From: Octopus sinensis
Taxonomy: Eukaryota
Assembly (NCBI RefSeq): GCF_006345805.1
Contig: NC_043007.1
Coordinates: 70,990,001 to 71,054,000, forward strand
Reading direction: 5' to 3'
DNA length: 64,000 bases
The position numbers and the translations under genes are program-made. The notes under the pieces are model-generated. The model was given only the letters and a program-made list of their open reading frames with translations. It made no database searches and was not told the origin of the DNA. Of the stretch, positions 23,786 through 36,962 are shown one piece after another. Every line of letters begins with the position of its first letter. Within the stretch, counting starts at the first letter, position 1.

Positions 23786-24428
23786 GTATACCCTCCAGCC
23801 TTCATCAGGTGCCTTGGGGAAATCATTCCTAAGGTATTTTTTGATGTTATAGACTGCTTGGAATCGAACTTGGAATCTTGGTGTTAGTAGCCCTTGCTCT
23901 TAACCACTATGCCATATGCCTGTGGGCAATTATGGAGTGAATTTTAGGGCTTATAAATTTAATATTTTCCTATCCTTCCTTAATACCTCCCCCTGTTGGA
24001 TGAAGTTAAAATAATAGACAGAGAGCAACACAGGAAAATATGAAGATTAAAAGAAGCAGCACATATGCTAGGACACAACAACCTCCTAAATAGACCGAGT
24101 CCAGATATGAACAGTATATGGGAACAAGTATTAAGGAAGGATAGGAAAATATTAGATTTATAAGCCCTAAAATTCACTCCACAATTGCCCATGAGTATAT
24201 GGCGTAATGCGGGCTACTAACCCCAAGATTCCAAGTTCGATTCCAATCAGTGACCTGAACAACAACAACAACAACAACAACAACATCCTCCTCTTCCTCC
24301 TTAGGAATGAGAACCCAGGTTTGAAATTTCCCCAAGACACCTGATGAAGGCTTGAAGAGTATATCAGCCGAAATGTTGTATTAACAACAAACAAGAAGAG
24401 GACAAATATCCATCAAATGTAAATAATG
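23786..24428. mobile_element. Fold-back Penelope-like element remnant: GIY-YIG C-terminus flanked by inverted arms with a tRNA-like segment and hammerhead motif
   Basis: Arms ~23786-23988 and ~24128-24362 are reverse complements. Centre on + reads LDEVKIIDREQHRKI*RLKEAAHMLGHNNLLNRPSPDMNSIWEQVL. Hammerhead-like CTGATGA-A-GGCTTG...CAGCC-GAAA-TGTT starts at 24341. Confidence 0.78.
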
Positions 24429-24599
24429 AAAGATGGAGTAGTAAGATTTTTGGTATCATACAAAAAGATGAAGTATGCAGTACGATAGAAAGTTGATGAT
24501 TAGAGATTTGATGGTAAATGGAGAAGGCTTGAGGAGGCGTGAACCTCATGGAGAAGTTAAGAAAGGACCAGAATGACTGGTAATATGTATGCTTGAGAT

Positions 24600-24815
24600 A
24601 AGGTGGCAAGCTGGCAGAATTATTAACATGCCAGACAAAATGCTTAGTGACATATCGTCAGTCTTTACATTCTGAGTTCAAATTCTATCAAGGTTGGCTT
24701 TGCTTTTCATCCTTTTGGAGTTGGTAAAATTAGTAGCAGTCAAACACCAGGGGTCAATATAATCAACTAGCCATCTCCCCTGAAATTGCTGGCCTTGTGT
24801 CAAAAATTTGAAATC
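24600..24815 (+). mobile_element. SINE family B copy, diverged
   Basis: ggtggcaagctggcagaattattaacatgcc...ttctgagttcaaattc...ggccttgtg. Confidence 0.78.
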
Positions 24816-25662
24816 AATCTGTATTCTTGAGGAAACTCGCCCATTTTGACGAACCTGAGGTTTTGGAAGTACAATAAGTGTGTGTGTGTGTGTACGCGCA
24901 TGTGTGTGAGAGTGTATGTATGTATGTATATATGTATGTGTGTCTATCTGTGTGTGTGTATGTGACAATGTCTGCCTTTCTATGTTTGACAAGTCTACCA
25001 ATTATAAGCAAAAGGCCAATGTTGAGTCAGAATACTAACAGTTGCTAAACTACAACAAAATGAAATAAATAGCTAACTGATTGTGAGGACAATGATTGAT
25101 TTAAAAAAAAACAAAAAACAAAAAAAAAACAAACAAAAAAACAAACAAACAAAAAAAAGGACTCTTGAAGATGGAGCCCTGCTATGACTGATGTCCAATG
25201 ATTAAAGCTTGTAAAAGTATAAAAGACTACTCTCTGCAACAAACACTTTGTTTAGCAAATAGACACATATACATATTCATATTGTTATTCAAGTTAACAC
25301 CCACACATTTACTGCAACAAAACACATACACTTAGTTCAGTAAACATATAGATTCCTTTCATAAGACAGAAACCCACATGCGCACACAGAAACATACACA
25401 CACACACACACAGACACAGATACACACACTTGTATGTTTTATGCACACATACAGTGTTATTTCAACATGCTTACATATATGCATATATGGTACTGTCTCT
25501 TGTCTCATGCACATACAAACATTTACATACAGCATTATTGATACACTTGCACTAGGTGGCACCTGCAAACAAATATACAAATACACTTGCATGCAACAAC
25601 AATTGCATCTAAGGAAATAAACATATCCAGTCAGTGAAGTGTACACATGCACAAACATACAG

Positions 25663-25722
<60 letters not shown>

Positions 25723-25817
25723 ACATATGTACTTATAATAAACACTTGGAATCAACACACATGTATTATAAATAGACACATGAACTCAACATATATGTAC
25801 ACTCAGGCAGCATAGAT

Positions 25818-25859
<42 letters not shown>

Positions 25860-26618
25860 ACGCATGCACACACTCACATGCATGCACACACATACATGTC
25901 CAGACATGTGCATTGTCATGATCATCCAAATAGTTCGATATCCACACACACACACACGCACATGCACACATACACACACACACACACACTCACACACATA
26001 CACAAATAAACACATGAATACATACACATCTCGTATACAGCATACCACAGACCCCACTCCAACAAACAAAACACCAAACACACAAGTTATACATGAACAC
26101 ATCAAACATCACATCACCACCATCACCTTCTCTTACACTCCATACCATACATACTATGCCACCATTACACACACACACACACACCACATCATGCTACTTG
26201 CACATGTTCACACAAATACATGCACATACATGCAACAAGTAATGCATCTCATTCAACCTTTACCATACACACACATGCACAAAATATGTCATACCATACA
26301 CACACACTTCTACACGACATTAAACCCTTAACCATACTTACACACACACACATAGACACACCATACAACACATGCGCACACGTGTATACTATTCTACTCA
26401 CATACACCATGTCAAAGTATACCATATAAACACGCCTACAACACTATCTTACATCACACACTCACTATACCACACACCTCACTGCATACGTACACAAAGG
26501 CATGTGCTCACACACACATACATACACACACATACACACACACATAAATACACACACACACACACACTACTTCACTTAGCATCAAATCATACATCGCATC
26601 TCCACAAATTCAGATTAT

Positions 26619-26830
26619 ACTCATCATCATCATCATCATTTAACGTCCTTTTTTTCCATATTGGCATGGGTTGCACAGTTTGAAAGGGTCTTATATGTCA
26701 GAAGACTGCATTGGGCTCCAGTATCTGTTTTGGCATGGCCTCTACAGCTGGATGCCCTTCCTAACACCAGCCACTTTACAAAGTGTATGAGGTATGTTTT
26801 TGGTGACACCAGAACTAGTGAAGCCACTAA
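26619..26830 (-). mobile_element. Family C element
   Basis: (CAT)n-ttaacgtcc...ctacagctggatgcccttcctaacaccagccact. Confidence 0.8.
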
Positions 26831-27484
26831 GTAACTCATAAGGACAAGACTCATTACAGCATGGAGGCACAGTGGGAAGGGAGTTCATTTTGTGTCAGGT
26901 ACGGAGAGACCAGAGTAAGAAAGAGGGACAAGAATAAGTGTCTTGCTGCAAAGGAGAAAGACATAGCAACCCTAGTGGAAAAGGAAGAAAGATGGTGGGA
27001 ATGAAGTATCAAGGTATAGCTTCAAGGTACAAAACGGTCGATCGGGAGAGAATAGGGGTAGAGAATGAAGGATGGCTGGGTGGATAGGTGTGTTTGTGAG
27101 GGTGCACAAGGGGAGTGAAAAACTGTAAGATGTGGACAGAAGTGAAGTAAACATGGATAGAAGTGTTGAGAATGGTGAGTCTCAGTTTGCAGGGTGGTAT
27201 CAGGGAACATAAGGAAAATTGGAGTGAGCCAGAAAAAAAACTAAAGAAACTTGCTCTCCTTCAGTTATGATGATGTATGTTCTTGATGATTTGATCAACA
27301 GAACAATTTGCTTCTGAAATTAACCATTTTGTTTACCATATTTCTGTTGAGATGCTCTGTGTTTCTTTCAATTAATTTTAAATATAACAAAAAATTTACG
27401 AAAATAACTTAGTTATCATTAAGCTAGTGTTAGAAACATAAATTGTGACTAAGGTTTGGTGGAAGATTTTAATTCAGAACTTTT

Positions 27485-27720
27485 CTTTATATTTCTTTAT
27501 TGCCCACAAAGGGCTAAACATAGAGGGGACAAACAAGGACAGACAAAGGGATTAAGTTAATTAGATCGACCACAGTGCGTAACTGGTACTTTATTTATCA
27601 ACCCCGAAAGGATGAAAGGCAAAGTCGACCTCGGCGGAATATGAACTCTGAACGTAACAGCAGACGAAATACCGCTAAGCATTTCACCTGGCACACTAAC
27701 ATTTCTGCCAGCTCGCCGCC
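27485..27720 (-). mobile_element. SINE family B inserted in a piggyBac-like MITE
   Basis: 17-bp TSD tttaattcagaactttt at 27468-27484 and 27721-27737. Confidence 0.92.
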
Positions 27721-27839
27721 TTTAATTCAGAACTTTTGAAAACTAGACATTTTTACTAACTACAGAGCCAGAGGTGGTTTCAGCTAGGTTGGCATCAAGT
27801 AGTTGAGCATTCCATATACATGTGTACTCTTGATGTAGT

Positions 27840-28040
27840 TTTTAGGAAAATTCAGTGTGACACAGAATGTGATGAAGATGATCCTTTGAATTACAGGTAT
27901 TACTCATTTTTGTTAGCTGAGAGGACTGGAGTAACATGAAATAAAATCTATTGCTCAGGGACAAAACATAACACCAGGAATCGAACTCAAGGCTTTATGA
28001 TCATGAGCCAAATACTCTTAACACTTGGCCACGCTCCTTC
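27840..28040 (-). mobile_element. SINE family D, partial
   Basis: Reverse complement of the family D head and central domain (attgctcagggacaaaac...ggaatcgaactc...cacttggccacgc). Confidence 0.7.
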
Positions 28041-29559
28041 ACATTAGGTGAAAGAGAAAATGTGAAGTGTGGGTTAATGAGTGAGGGGTGCACCATGACA
28101 AAGGTGAAAGATACAAAGGGAGGCTGTCAATGGTAGATATGAAAGGGTTTTCATACACACACACACACACACACATGTTATAACAAATACAGACACAAAA
28201 CAGGTTACTGCATGCTACAGGTGTTTGTAAAGCAAATACTTTGCTGCTATAGAAGTATGACTTTTCATATGAGATGGCATGTACATCCACCTAGGTCTGG
28301 TATACATACACATATATATATATATATGTAGCTAAGTCAAATGAGAACTCTGGTATAAAGGGTTGCACACCAGCAGTGAATAATGTACTCAAGTTCATTG
28401 AAATGATAGATCAATAGACTATCCATTCAGCTATTTCACATACACTTACATGCTCGCATGCACACACACACACACACCACACACACACTCACATGCACGT
28501 ACACATTCTCCCCCCTGCCCCCAACACACCCAAGTGAGTCATGTTACTTATTGGAGTGAAAAGATAAAAGCAATGACAAAACATGAATTATGAAGTCTTC
28601 AGCTGGCAACTAACACAATTGGGGTTTGTCCATCTCTGACTAATACAGGCACACACACACATACACACACACACACACATACGTACACATACATATGCAT
28701 ATTTATACACACACACATATACATGTTTATAATATACATATATGTATATTTGTTTATGCATATTTCAAAGTTGCACTTACCTGGCAAGTAAGTTTATCTG
28801 TTGATCTGTGATCGCATGTTAGAACTGTGTGTTTGTTGTATATATGTTGTGTATGTACGTGTGCGTGTGCATGCATGTGTGTGTGTGTGTGTGTGCGTGT
28901 GCATTCCCATGCAACTCAGTTCTGTGATGCTTAAAATATTCTAGCTCCTGCTTAAATATCCCTACATCCTCATGTGTATGGAGTCAGGCAAAAGATATTT
29001 AAAGGTGCCTTCCAGGTGAGAATATTTTTGTCTCTCATTGATTTGTCAAGGCCCATACATCTCTATTGCAACCAAAGGAATGGACCACCAATTTGGACTG
29101 ATATTCAGTTTGGCACCAGTGTCATGGCAGCGTCATTTGCAGAATGCATAAAGCTGCAACATATACTTCTATGACCCTCACCTCTTCTATGACCCTCACC
29201 TCAAAGTCCTACCAATCCAAGACAGTGGATAGGTACCTTTCTATTGACCCCTGAATGAATGAAAAGCACAGTTGATCTGGGATACATGAACTGATGGGTA
29301 GAAAGATAAACAGCCACTTGCAAGGGTCACTGTGTGCCACAGAACACTGGATTTTTTGCTCTTATGTGCTGGTTGGACAAATAGGAATGTGTTTGTGTGT
29401 GTGTGTGTGTGTGTATGATCTAAGGATCTAAGTGTAAGAAGTTAGTAAGCTTAGAGCAGTCTGCGATAGGAATAAAAACAACTTTCTGTATTTTACCTGC
29501 TCCACTCCTTCAGTTTTGATATATGTGTATCCAATAGTGCCAAATCAATAGCAGAACTT

Positions 29560-30075
29560 GAGGCAGTTCAGTGGTGTTACACTAGGAAGATTACTGGGAG
29601 TGACTGAACAAACTATAACTCTACCCGTTAGAATGAAGAAGGGAGAGGTATGCAGAGATATATGTATGGAAGATCCTGGAAGGGCTGGCACCAAACTTTG
29701 GTATTGAGAGCTACATTAGCCTTTGAGCTTGGACATCATTGCACTGTCCCAAAACTTCCAACTCTCCCATCTAGAGTGATGACCATGTACTGCAATAGCT
29801 TGAGATTTAAGGGCCCACAGCTATTTAATGCCTTGCCAAAAGATCTGAGGTATCTTCATGGTGCAGCAGTAGGTGTTTTCAAGAAACAACTTGACCTCCG
29901 GCTATCTAAGGTCGTACATGAACCAATATTAAGGCAGGAGACCCAAAAGAGGGCAACAGTGTCGAACTCCCTCCTTCACCAAAAGCCAATCATATAAAAT
30001 TGGGCATTAAAAAGGTGAAAAAGTGATAACACTGGTGGTACTCCAGTATGACCACAGTCTTAGGGCTAAAATGCA
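29560..30075 (+). mobile_element. 3' end of a CR1/L2-group LINE
   Basis: ...YCNSLRFKGPQLFNALPKDLRYLHGAAVGVFKKQLDLRLSKVVHEP resembles the RT C-terminus GPxLFNxLP...FKxxLD. Confidence 0.72.
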
Positions 30076-30710
30076 TAAAAAAATTTATACATAAGGTTGC
30101 TTTGTGTGTTCACCATCTATTCATATTAGAGCTTCTGGCATGAATGCCAAGCAGTACAGTATGTTTCCAAATTTCTGAGAGTGAATTGCGTCATGGTGCT
30201 GTTTTTCTCACAGACTGTGCCCAACTGACCCAACTATACTGTGTAGTCAACAAAATCAAAAACAAGCAATGAACATGCCTTACAAAGACCCATGGATGCA
30301 CACACACATGAATGGACACACACACACACGAATGGGGACACACATACACACACACACATGCAAAGACAAACAAGGACACAGACATGCCCTTATGCCCACA
30401 TGGATACACACATATATGCATATGCAAGCACGCACACAGAAACACGCATACAGAAGTACACATGTACACACAAACACGCACACGCATAAAGACATACTGA
30501 GACACAGATATACACTCAAACACATACATACAAACATAAACACACACACTCGTACACACATACCATCCCATACACACATGGACACAAGTATGCATACGCA
30601 TGCTCATGCTCACACACAGATAGATATCAATATATTCAACATGTATCAAACAAAGAAGATGGCCATTAAACTGTCCTTGAGAGAAACGTCTTATGGATGA
30701 ATGTATGCAT

Positions 30711-31112
30711 TTACTCTTTTACTCTTTTCAGTCATTTGACTGCGGCCATGCTGGAGCACCACCTTTAGTCGAGCAAATTGACCCCAGGACTTGTTCTTTG
30801 TATGCCTGGTACTTATTCTATCGGTCTCTTTTGCTGAACCGCTAAGTTATGGGGACGCAAACACACTAGCATCAGTTGACAAGTAATGTTGGGGGGACAA
30901 ACACAGACACACAAACACACACACACATATATATACATATACATATATATGACGGGCTTCTTTCAGTTTCCGTCTACCGAATCCACTCAAAAGGCTTTGG
31001 TTGGCCCGAGGCTATAGTAGAAGATACTTGCCCAAGGTGCCATGCAGTGGGACTGAAACCAGAACCATGTAGTTGGTAAGCAAGCTACTTACCACACAGC
31101 CACTCCTGCACC
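30711..31112 (-). mobile_element. SINE family A, full length
   Basis: Reverse-complement tail, (CA)/(TA) spacer and head ending accacacagccactcctgcacc. Confidence 0.9.
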
Positions 31113-31626
31113 ATTTGTGAAGAAAACAAAGAGAAGACTAAAATTGATATCTTATGTATATGAAAAATGACATAGTCAGTATTTAAAACACACACACACA
31201 CACACACACACATACGGATGTACACACTTTTGTATAAATACACACACATGCAAACATACACTCACATACTCATCTTGGACAGATCTCAGGCAAATCCCAA
31301 TGCTGGAACATAAGTTCAAAAGAAATGGAAGTAGAGAGATTTGTCACTGAAGAGACTGCAATAATATGATGAAATAATTATTTGACAAATAAAGAAATGG
31401 CAACACTAACAATACTGAACATTTGAATGATTAACTGTTTAACCAAAGTGTTTAACATATGAATTTGAAAAACTGGTAAAAAATGATTGATCGATAAATT
31501 GGCTACCGGAGTAACTAACCTATTAACTAACAATAACAATAAAGGACCGAACCAGTGCATGTGTTAATTATTACTGGCATAATGTCCCTCCCAAGGTTCA
31601 ATAGTATTTCTTTCAACATGCAAAAA

Positions 31627-31865
31627 GGTGGTGAGCTGGCAGAAACGTTAGCATGCCGGGTGAAATGCGTAGCCATATTTTGTTTGCCGTTATATTCTGA
31701 GTTCAAATTCTGCCAAGGTCAACTTTGCCTTTCATCCTTTCGGGGTCGATAAATTAAGTACCAGTTACGCACTGAGGTCGATGTAATCAACTTAATCCAT
31801 TTGTCTGTCCTTGTTTGTCCTCTCTGTGTTTGGCCCCTTGTGGGTAGTAAAGAAATAGGTATTTC
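31627..31865 (+). mobile_element. SINE family B copy
   Basis: ggtggtgagctggcagaaacgttagcatgccggg...gtgggtagtaaagaaataggtatt. Confidence 0.9.
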
Positions 31866-31911
31866 TTTCATCATGCGAATTCACATCAAGAATCTTGCAA
31901 ACCAAATACAA

Positions 31912-31974
<63 letters not shown>

Positions 31975-31989
31975 TATACATACATATAA

Positions 31990-32023
<34 letters not shown>

Positions 32024-32024
32024 A

Positions 32025-32200
32025 TAGTTCAAATTTACAGAAAGCGAAAGATGAAGACAACTGAAGGAACAAGTAGGTGTATTAGTTTGATTCTCAGGAA
32101 AAATGGAAAAGTACTTGATGTTCTGAGCGTATGCTCTTCGACAGAAAGTATTGGAAAGAAAAAATGGAGTGAGAAGGAAAAAAGCAGAAAGAGTATATAT
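32025..32200 (-). mobile_element. Short repeat with a variant hammerhead-like motif
   Basis: Minus strand of 32111-32150: tttCTGTCGA-A-GAGC-atac-GCTC-AGAA-CATC-aag; between (TG)n and (TA)n tracts. Confidence 0.5.
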
Positions 32201-32557
32201 ATATATATATCTTTATCTCTTCCTGTTTTTCTCTATAGCCAGTAACCAATCTCAATTGATTTATGGTATGCTTAGAGACATTCTATATCACCAGTAGCAC
32301 CTACTTTCTTCGTACTGACCTATCTTAGCCCCTACTCTCCTACCTTCTGGTTCACCTCTTCTACTTCCATTCACCGCTTTGACTAGTAACCTCCTCCCTC
32401 TCCCCACCTTATATTTCTCCTTGATTTTCCCCTACCTTTTAAAGCTGCTTGCATCTTTTCTCTCTCTGCCTTTCACTCCTTTCTTACTCTTCTCCCCTTC
32501 AACTTTTAAATCTCTTGCATTACTATGTGAACAACTATTGCCAATTCTTTCTCCTGT

Positions 32558-32679
32558 TGAAGAAAGCTGGTCTTATAGTAATATCTCTATGTAACCATTT
32601 ACTAGTTACTTATCTATGAAGAAAGCTGGTCTTATAGTAATATCTCTATGTAACCATTTACTAGTTACTTATCTATGAA
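32558..32679. repeat. Perfect 59-bp tandem duplication
   Basis: tgaagaaagctggtcttatag...acttatcta starts at 32558 and again at 32617. Confidence 0.95.
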
Positions 32680-32825
32680 CTTTTTGCACATTCCACCTAC
32701 TAATTATGAACATTATGGTTATTATGTAAATCTGAGCTTCGAGAAACAGCAGTTGAGTTAAGAAACTGTGCATTCTCTCCTTAGCATTCTGTATTTTTAT
32801 GTTCTATGTAAATTTATTTGTCTAT

Positions 32826-32900
<75 letters not shown>

Positions 32901-32915
32901 CACAAACACACACAT

Positions 32916-32974
<59 letters not shown>

Positions 32975-34049
32975 TCTATATGCTTATACATAGGTATTTA
33001 TCTTCTGGATATATTTAGTTCTATCTATCTATTATCTATCTATCTATATATATACATCTATATATATATATATATTATAACTGTCTATATATATGTATAC
33101 ATATGTGTATCTATATGTACATATATATATATGTATATCTGTGTGTGTCTGTGTATACACACACACACACATATATATATATACATATATATACATGAAG
33201 CCTAATCGTCTTTATCATCTGTGTGTGTGTGTGTAGTACTAGTTAGATAGATTAATAGATAGACAGATACATTGCACTGGATAGATCAATAAATAGGTGG
33301 AATTTTGGAATAAGCGTACCATTTAACTTGTAAACACAGACTATTACAATTCTGGGGAAAAAATTTTTTTAGAAAATTTAGTTTTTGTAATCTCCAAAAC
33401 TACCTTTAATTCCATCAGTTTTTTTTTTGTTTCTGTAGAATCTTTTTTTATATTTGTATGGAGAATTGGATTCTACCAATACTTTTTTAATTCCAAAATA
33501 ATTTTGCAAGTCAAAAATGAACGAAGTCAAATATAATATTGAACATCTGTGCAATGTACTGGAATGGTTATTTTTTATCATTTTGACAAATTTCTATTTC
33601 AGATGGTAAATTCTAGGATACGTGATAATGCAAAATAAATGCATGCACACACACACACACACACACAGAGTTACAGGCATGTGCACACATCCACACAAGC
33701 AGAGACACACATATCTGCATGGACATACACAAATGCATACACATACAATTATGTGCACACAAACACACACACATGAATACACACATTCACACATGCAAAG
33801 ACACATGCATATACATGCTTACACACAAATATACACATTTTGAATGAAATAATTTGCAATTAAATTTCCATCTGGAATTCTTTTTATTACTGTTTGATGG
33901 ATTATCAGAACGATTAGGGCTTTGGATAGAATATGTTGCAGTATTGGTTCCAACTATTTATATTCAGAGTTCAAGTCACACCAAGATTACCTTTATCTTT
34001 CTTCTTGCTTGGGTCTGTTGCAGGTACAGCCAAGAAATAGTCATTGCTA

Positions 34050-34378
34050 GAATGCACATGGCTAAGTGTTAGGGTATTCAACTCATGATTGCATGGTTGT
34101 GAGTTCAATACCTGTTGGCATGGTATGTCCTTGAGCAAGACACTTTAGTGCACATTGCTTCAGTCTACTCAGCTGGCAAAAATTAGTTGTACATAGATTT
34201 CAAAAGCCAGCCTTGTCACATTCTGTGTCACACTGAATTTTCCTGAGAACTACGTTAAGGGTACGCGTGTCTGTGGAGTGCTCAGCCACTTGCATGTTAA
34301 TTTTATGAGCAGGCTGTTCCATTGATTGCATCAACTGGAACTCTTATTGTCATAACTGATGGACTGCTAGTTGTAGTC
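34050..34378 (+). mobile_element. SINE family D copy
   Basis: catggctaagtgttagggtattc...gagttcaatacc...gtccttgagcaagacactt...gtcataactgatggactgct. Confidence 0.82.
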
Positions 34379-34869
34379 ATAGCTACATGAGACAGAGTTA
34401 TTAGGTAGAAATGGTTCATTATTCTGTAGTACTCTAAAATTTATAGAAACCTTTACATCTAAAGATTCCCATTGTTGCTACTTTGTAATTTAAGGCAGCA
34501 GAATTATGTAGTTGCACACCAAAAAGTAAATTATTCTGCATGACATCATGACCTCTAATTTCCCTGAATGCACCAAAAGAGAGGATGTAAGTATAACCTG
34601 AATTCCACTTCTGATGTGGAGGAGGTCTGTTTCCCATGCCTATCAATGGATCCGAAGGATTAACACCGACAATTCCTGGACATCATGTTGAAAAATGCTG
34701 CTTTGCTAATGAACAATGTTATCTATAATGCTCTGCAGTTGAACCCCTCTCCCCACCTTATAATCTCTCTTTTTTTATGACCCAGTTAGTAATAAAAAAA
34801 AGTTTCATGTAGCCTGAGGTACTGACATGACAATATTCAGATTTCCCAAGACAACATTGAATATAGGCC

Positions 34870-35085
34870 GAAGGCAATGAGCTGGCGGAATCGTTAGCAC
34901 ACCAAAGTAAAATGCTTAGTGGCATTTCATCCATCTTTGTGGTCTGTGTTCAAGTTTTGTGGAGTCAATTTTGCTTTTATCCTTTCAGAGTCGATAAAAA
35001 GAGTATCAGTGAGCACTGGGGTTCATGGAATTGACTTACCCCTCTCCCAAAGTTGCTGGCCTTTTTCCAAAATTTGAAATCAATA
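34870..35085 (+). mobile_element. SINE family B copy, diverged
   Basis: gagctggcggaatcgttagcacacc...cctttcagagtcgataaa. Confidence 0.75.
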
Positions 35086-35800
35086 TTGAATATAGGCCTG
35101 ATATCATCATCATCATTACCATCATCATCATAATTGTCATTTAGCTTCCATTTTCCATGCTGGCATGGGTTGGATGCTTTGACAGAAGCTGGCAAGCTGG
35201 AAAGCCACACCAGGCTCCAATTGTCTATTTTGGCATGGTTTCTATGACTAGATGCCCTTCCTAATGCCAACCACTTCCTAATGCCAACTGAATGCTTTTT
35301 ATAGTGAATCAGCATGCGTTTCAGTTCCAGTATTGGTATGTCTGGGTCTCCTTTGATTGCTTCAGTTTCCTGACATTTTAAGAATGATTTAATTTTCAAG
35401 AAATATTTCCTAGCTCATCAGATTATAATTATTATTAAAAACTATTTCAAGAATGAAAGGATATCAACAATAAAAGCTTTAAGTCAATATTTTAAAATTT
35501 ATTTAATCCAATTTTGTTACTAAATTGGTTTCAATTAGATATATGTTGTTTACACAATTAAATTCAGAAATATATTCTAAACATTGAGTGTGTATCTGTA
35601 TATGTAATGGACTTCTATAACCATACTGGATAACAATATTATTTCTTACATGAAAGATAACTTTTCAACAGAAATATAATAGTGTTCTATTCAACCTAGT
35701 AGACCTTCACTTACAGAACTATTTATAGCTACTTTTCAGCTTCTGCAACACTAAGCATATTGATAATATACATACATATATGTATATGTATATATATATA

Positions 35801-35960
35801 TCATCATCGTCACCATTTAATGTCTGGCTTTCATACTGATATGTGTTCGATGGCTTGATAAGATGCAACAAGCCAGGTAACTGCATCAAGCTCCAGTGTC
35901 TGCTTTGGCTGGATGCTCTTCCTAAAGACAACCACATTGCAAAATGTACAGGGTGCTGCT
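35801..35960 (-). mobile_element. Family C element, diverged (another copy at ~35100-35310)
   Basis: tcatcatcgtcaccatttaatgtc...ggatgctcttcctaaagacaaccac. Confidence 0.72.
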
Positions 35961-36016
35961 TTAATGACATTGAATCTTGTGAGGGTCACCAAGTAACATG
36001 CATGATATAGAAGAAG

Positions 36017-36195
36017 CCCCGGTGGCACGTAAAAATCACCCACTACACTCGCGGAGTGGTTGGCGTTAGGAAGGGCATCCAGCTGTAGAAACACTGCCAG
36101 ATCAGACTGGAGCCTGGTGCAGCCCCTGGCTTCCCAGACCCCGGTCGAACCGTCCAACCCGTGCTAGCGCGGAAAACGGACGTTAAACGACGACA

Positions 36196-36228
<33 letters not shown>
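36017..36228 (+). mobile_element. Family C element, young CpG-rich copy with (GAT)n tail
   Basis: gtggttggcgttaggaagggcatccagctgtagaaac...ggacgttaaacgacgacaatgatgatgat; CpGs retained. Confidence 0.88.
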
Positions 36229-36243
36229 TATATACTATGAATA

Positions 36244-36590
36244 TATCTTTTATCTTTTACCTGTTTTAGTCATTAGACTGTGGCCATGCTGGGATACCAC
36301 CTTGAAGAATTTTTAGTCAAAAGACTTAACCCCAGCAGATTTTTTTTTAAAGTCTGGTTCTTATTTTATTGGTCTCTTTTGCCAAACTGCTACGTTACAG
36401 GGACATAAACACATCAACAATGGTTGTCAAACTGTGGTAGTGGTGGTGGGGGAGACAAACACACACATAAAAACACACAGATGTATATATATATATATAT
36501 ATATATACTTATATCCTCTCCATCCATCAGTTTCCATCTATCATATCCTTTCACAAGGCATTGGTTTGCCTGGTGTTAACAGTAGAAGAT
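36244..36590 (-). mobile_element. SINE family A, partial
   Basis: Reverse-complement family A tail and part of the head. Confidence 0.78.
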
Positions 36591-36894
36591 GCATATATAT
36601 ATGCCGAAATTGCATCATCATGATCATCATCCTCATCATCATGGAGCTTTTTATATGCCACCAGCACAGGAGCCACTCAGGGGGCACTGGCATCGACCAC
36701 GTTTGAAGGATGTTTTTTACATGACAGTAGCATGGAAGCCAGTCTGGGAGCACTGGCGTTGGATGATTTCAAATTGGAGGAGGGGAGTAAGTTGATTACA
36801 TTGACCCCAGTGCATAAATAATACTTATTTAATCGACTCCAAAAAGATGAAAGACAGAGTCGACCTTGGGGGAATTTGAACACAGAACATAATA

Positions 36895-36962
<68 letters not shown>

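Noticed and set aside
23858-23913. tRNA gene
   Set aside because: No acceptor stem or complete cloverleaf; part of a repeat arm. The same applies to the SINE heads.
28221-28292. ctacag|GTGTTTGTAAAG (VFVKQ...) as the next myosin exon
   Set aside because: Weak acceptor, and the downstream peptide has no lever-arm or IQ resemblance.
28775-28793. acttacctggc, resembling the U1 snRNA 5' end
   Set aside because: Only 11 nt match; part of a chance quasi-palindrome with no further U1 sequence.
28943-29015. Open segment LLLKYPYILMCMESGKRYLKVPS ending at CAG|gtgaga
   Set aside because: Poor acceptor and no similarity to myosin.
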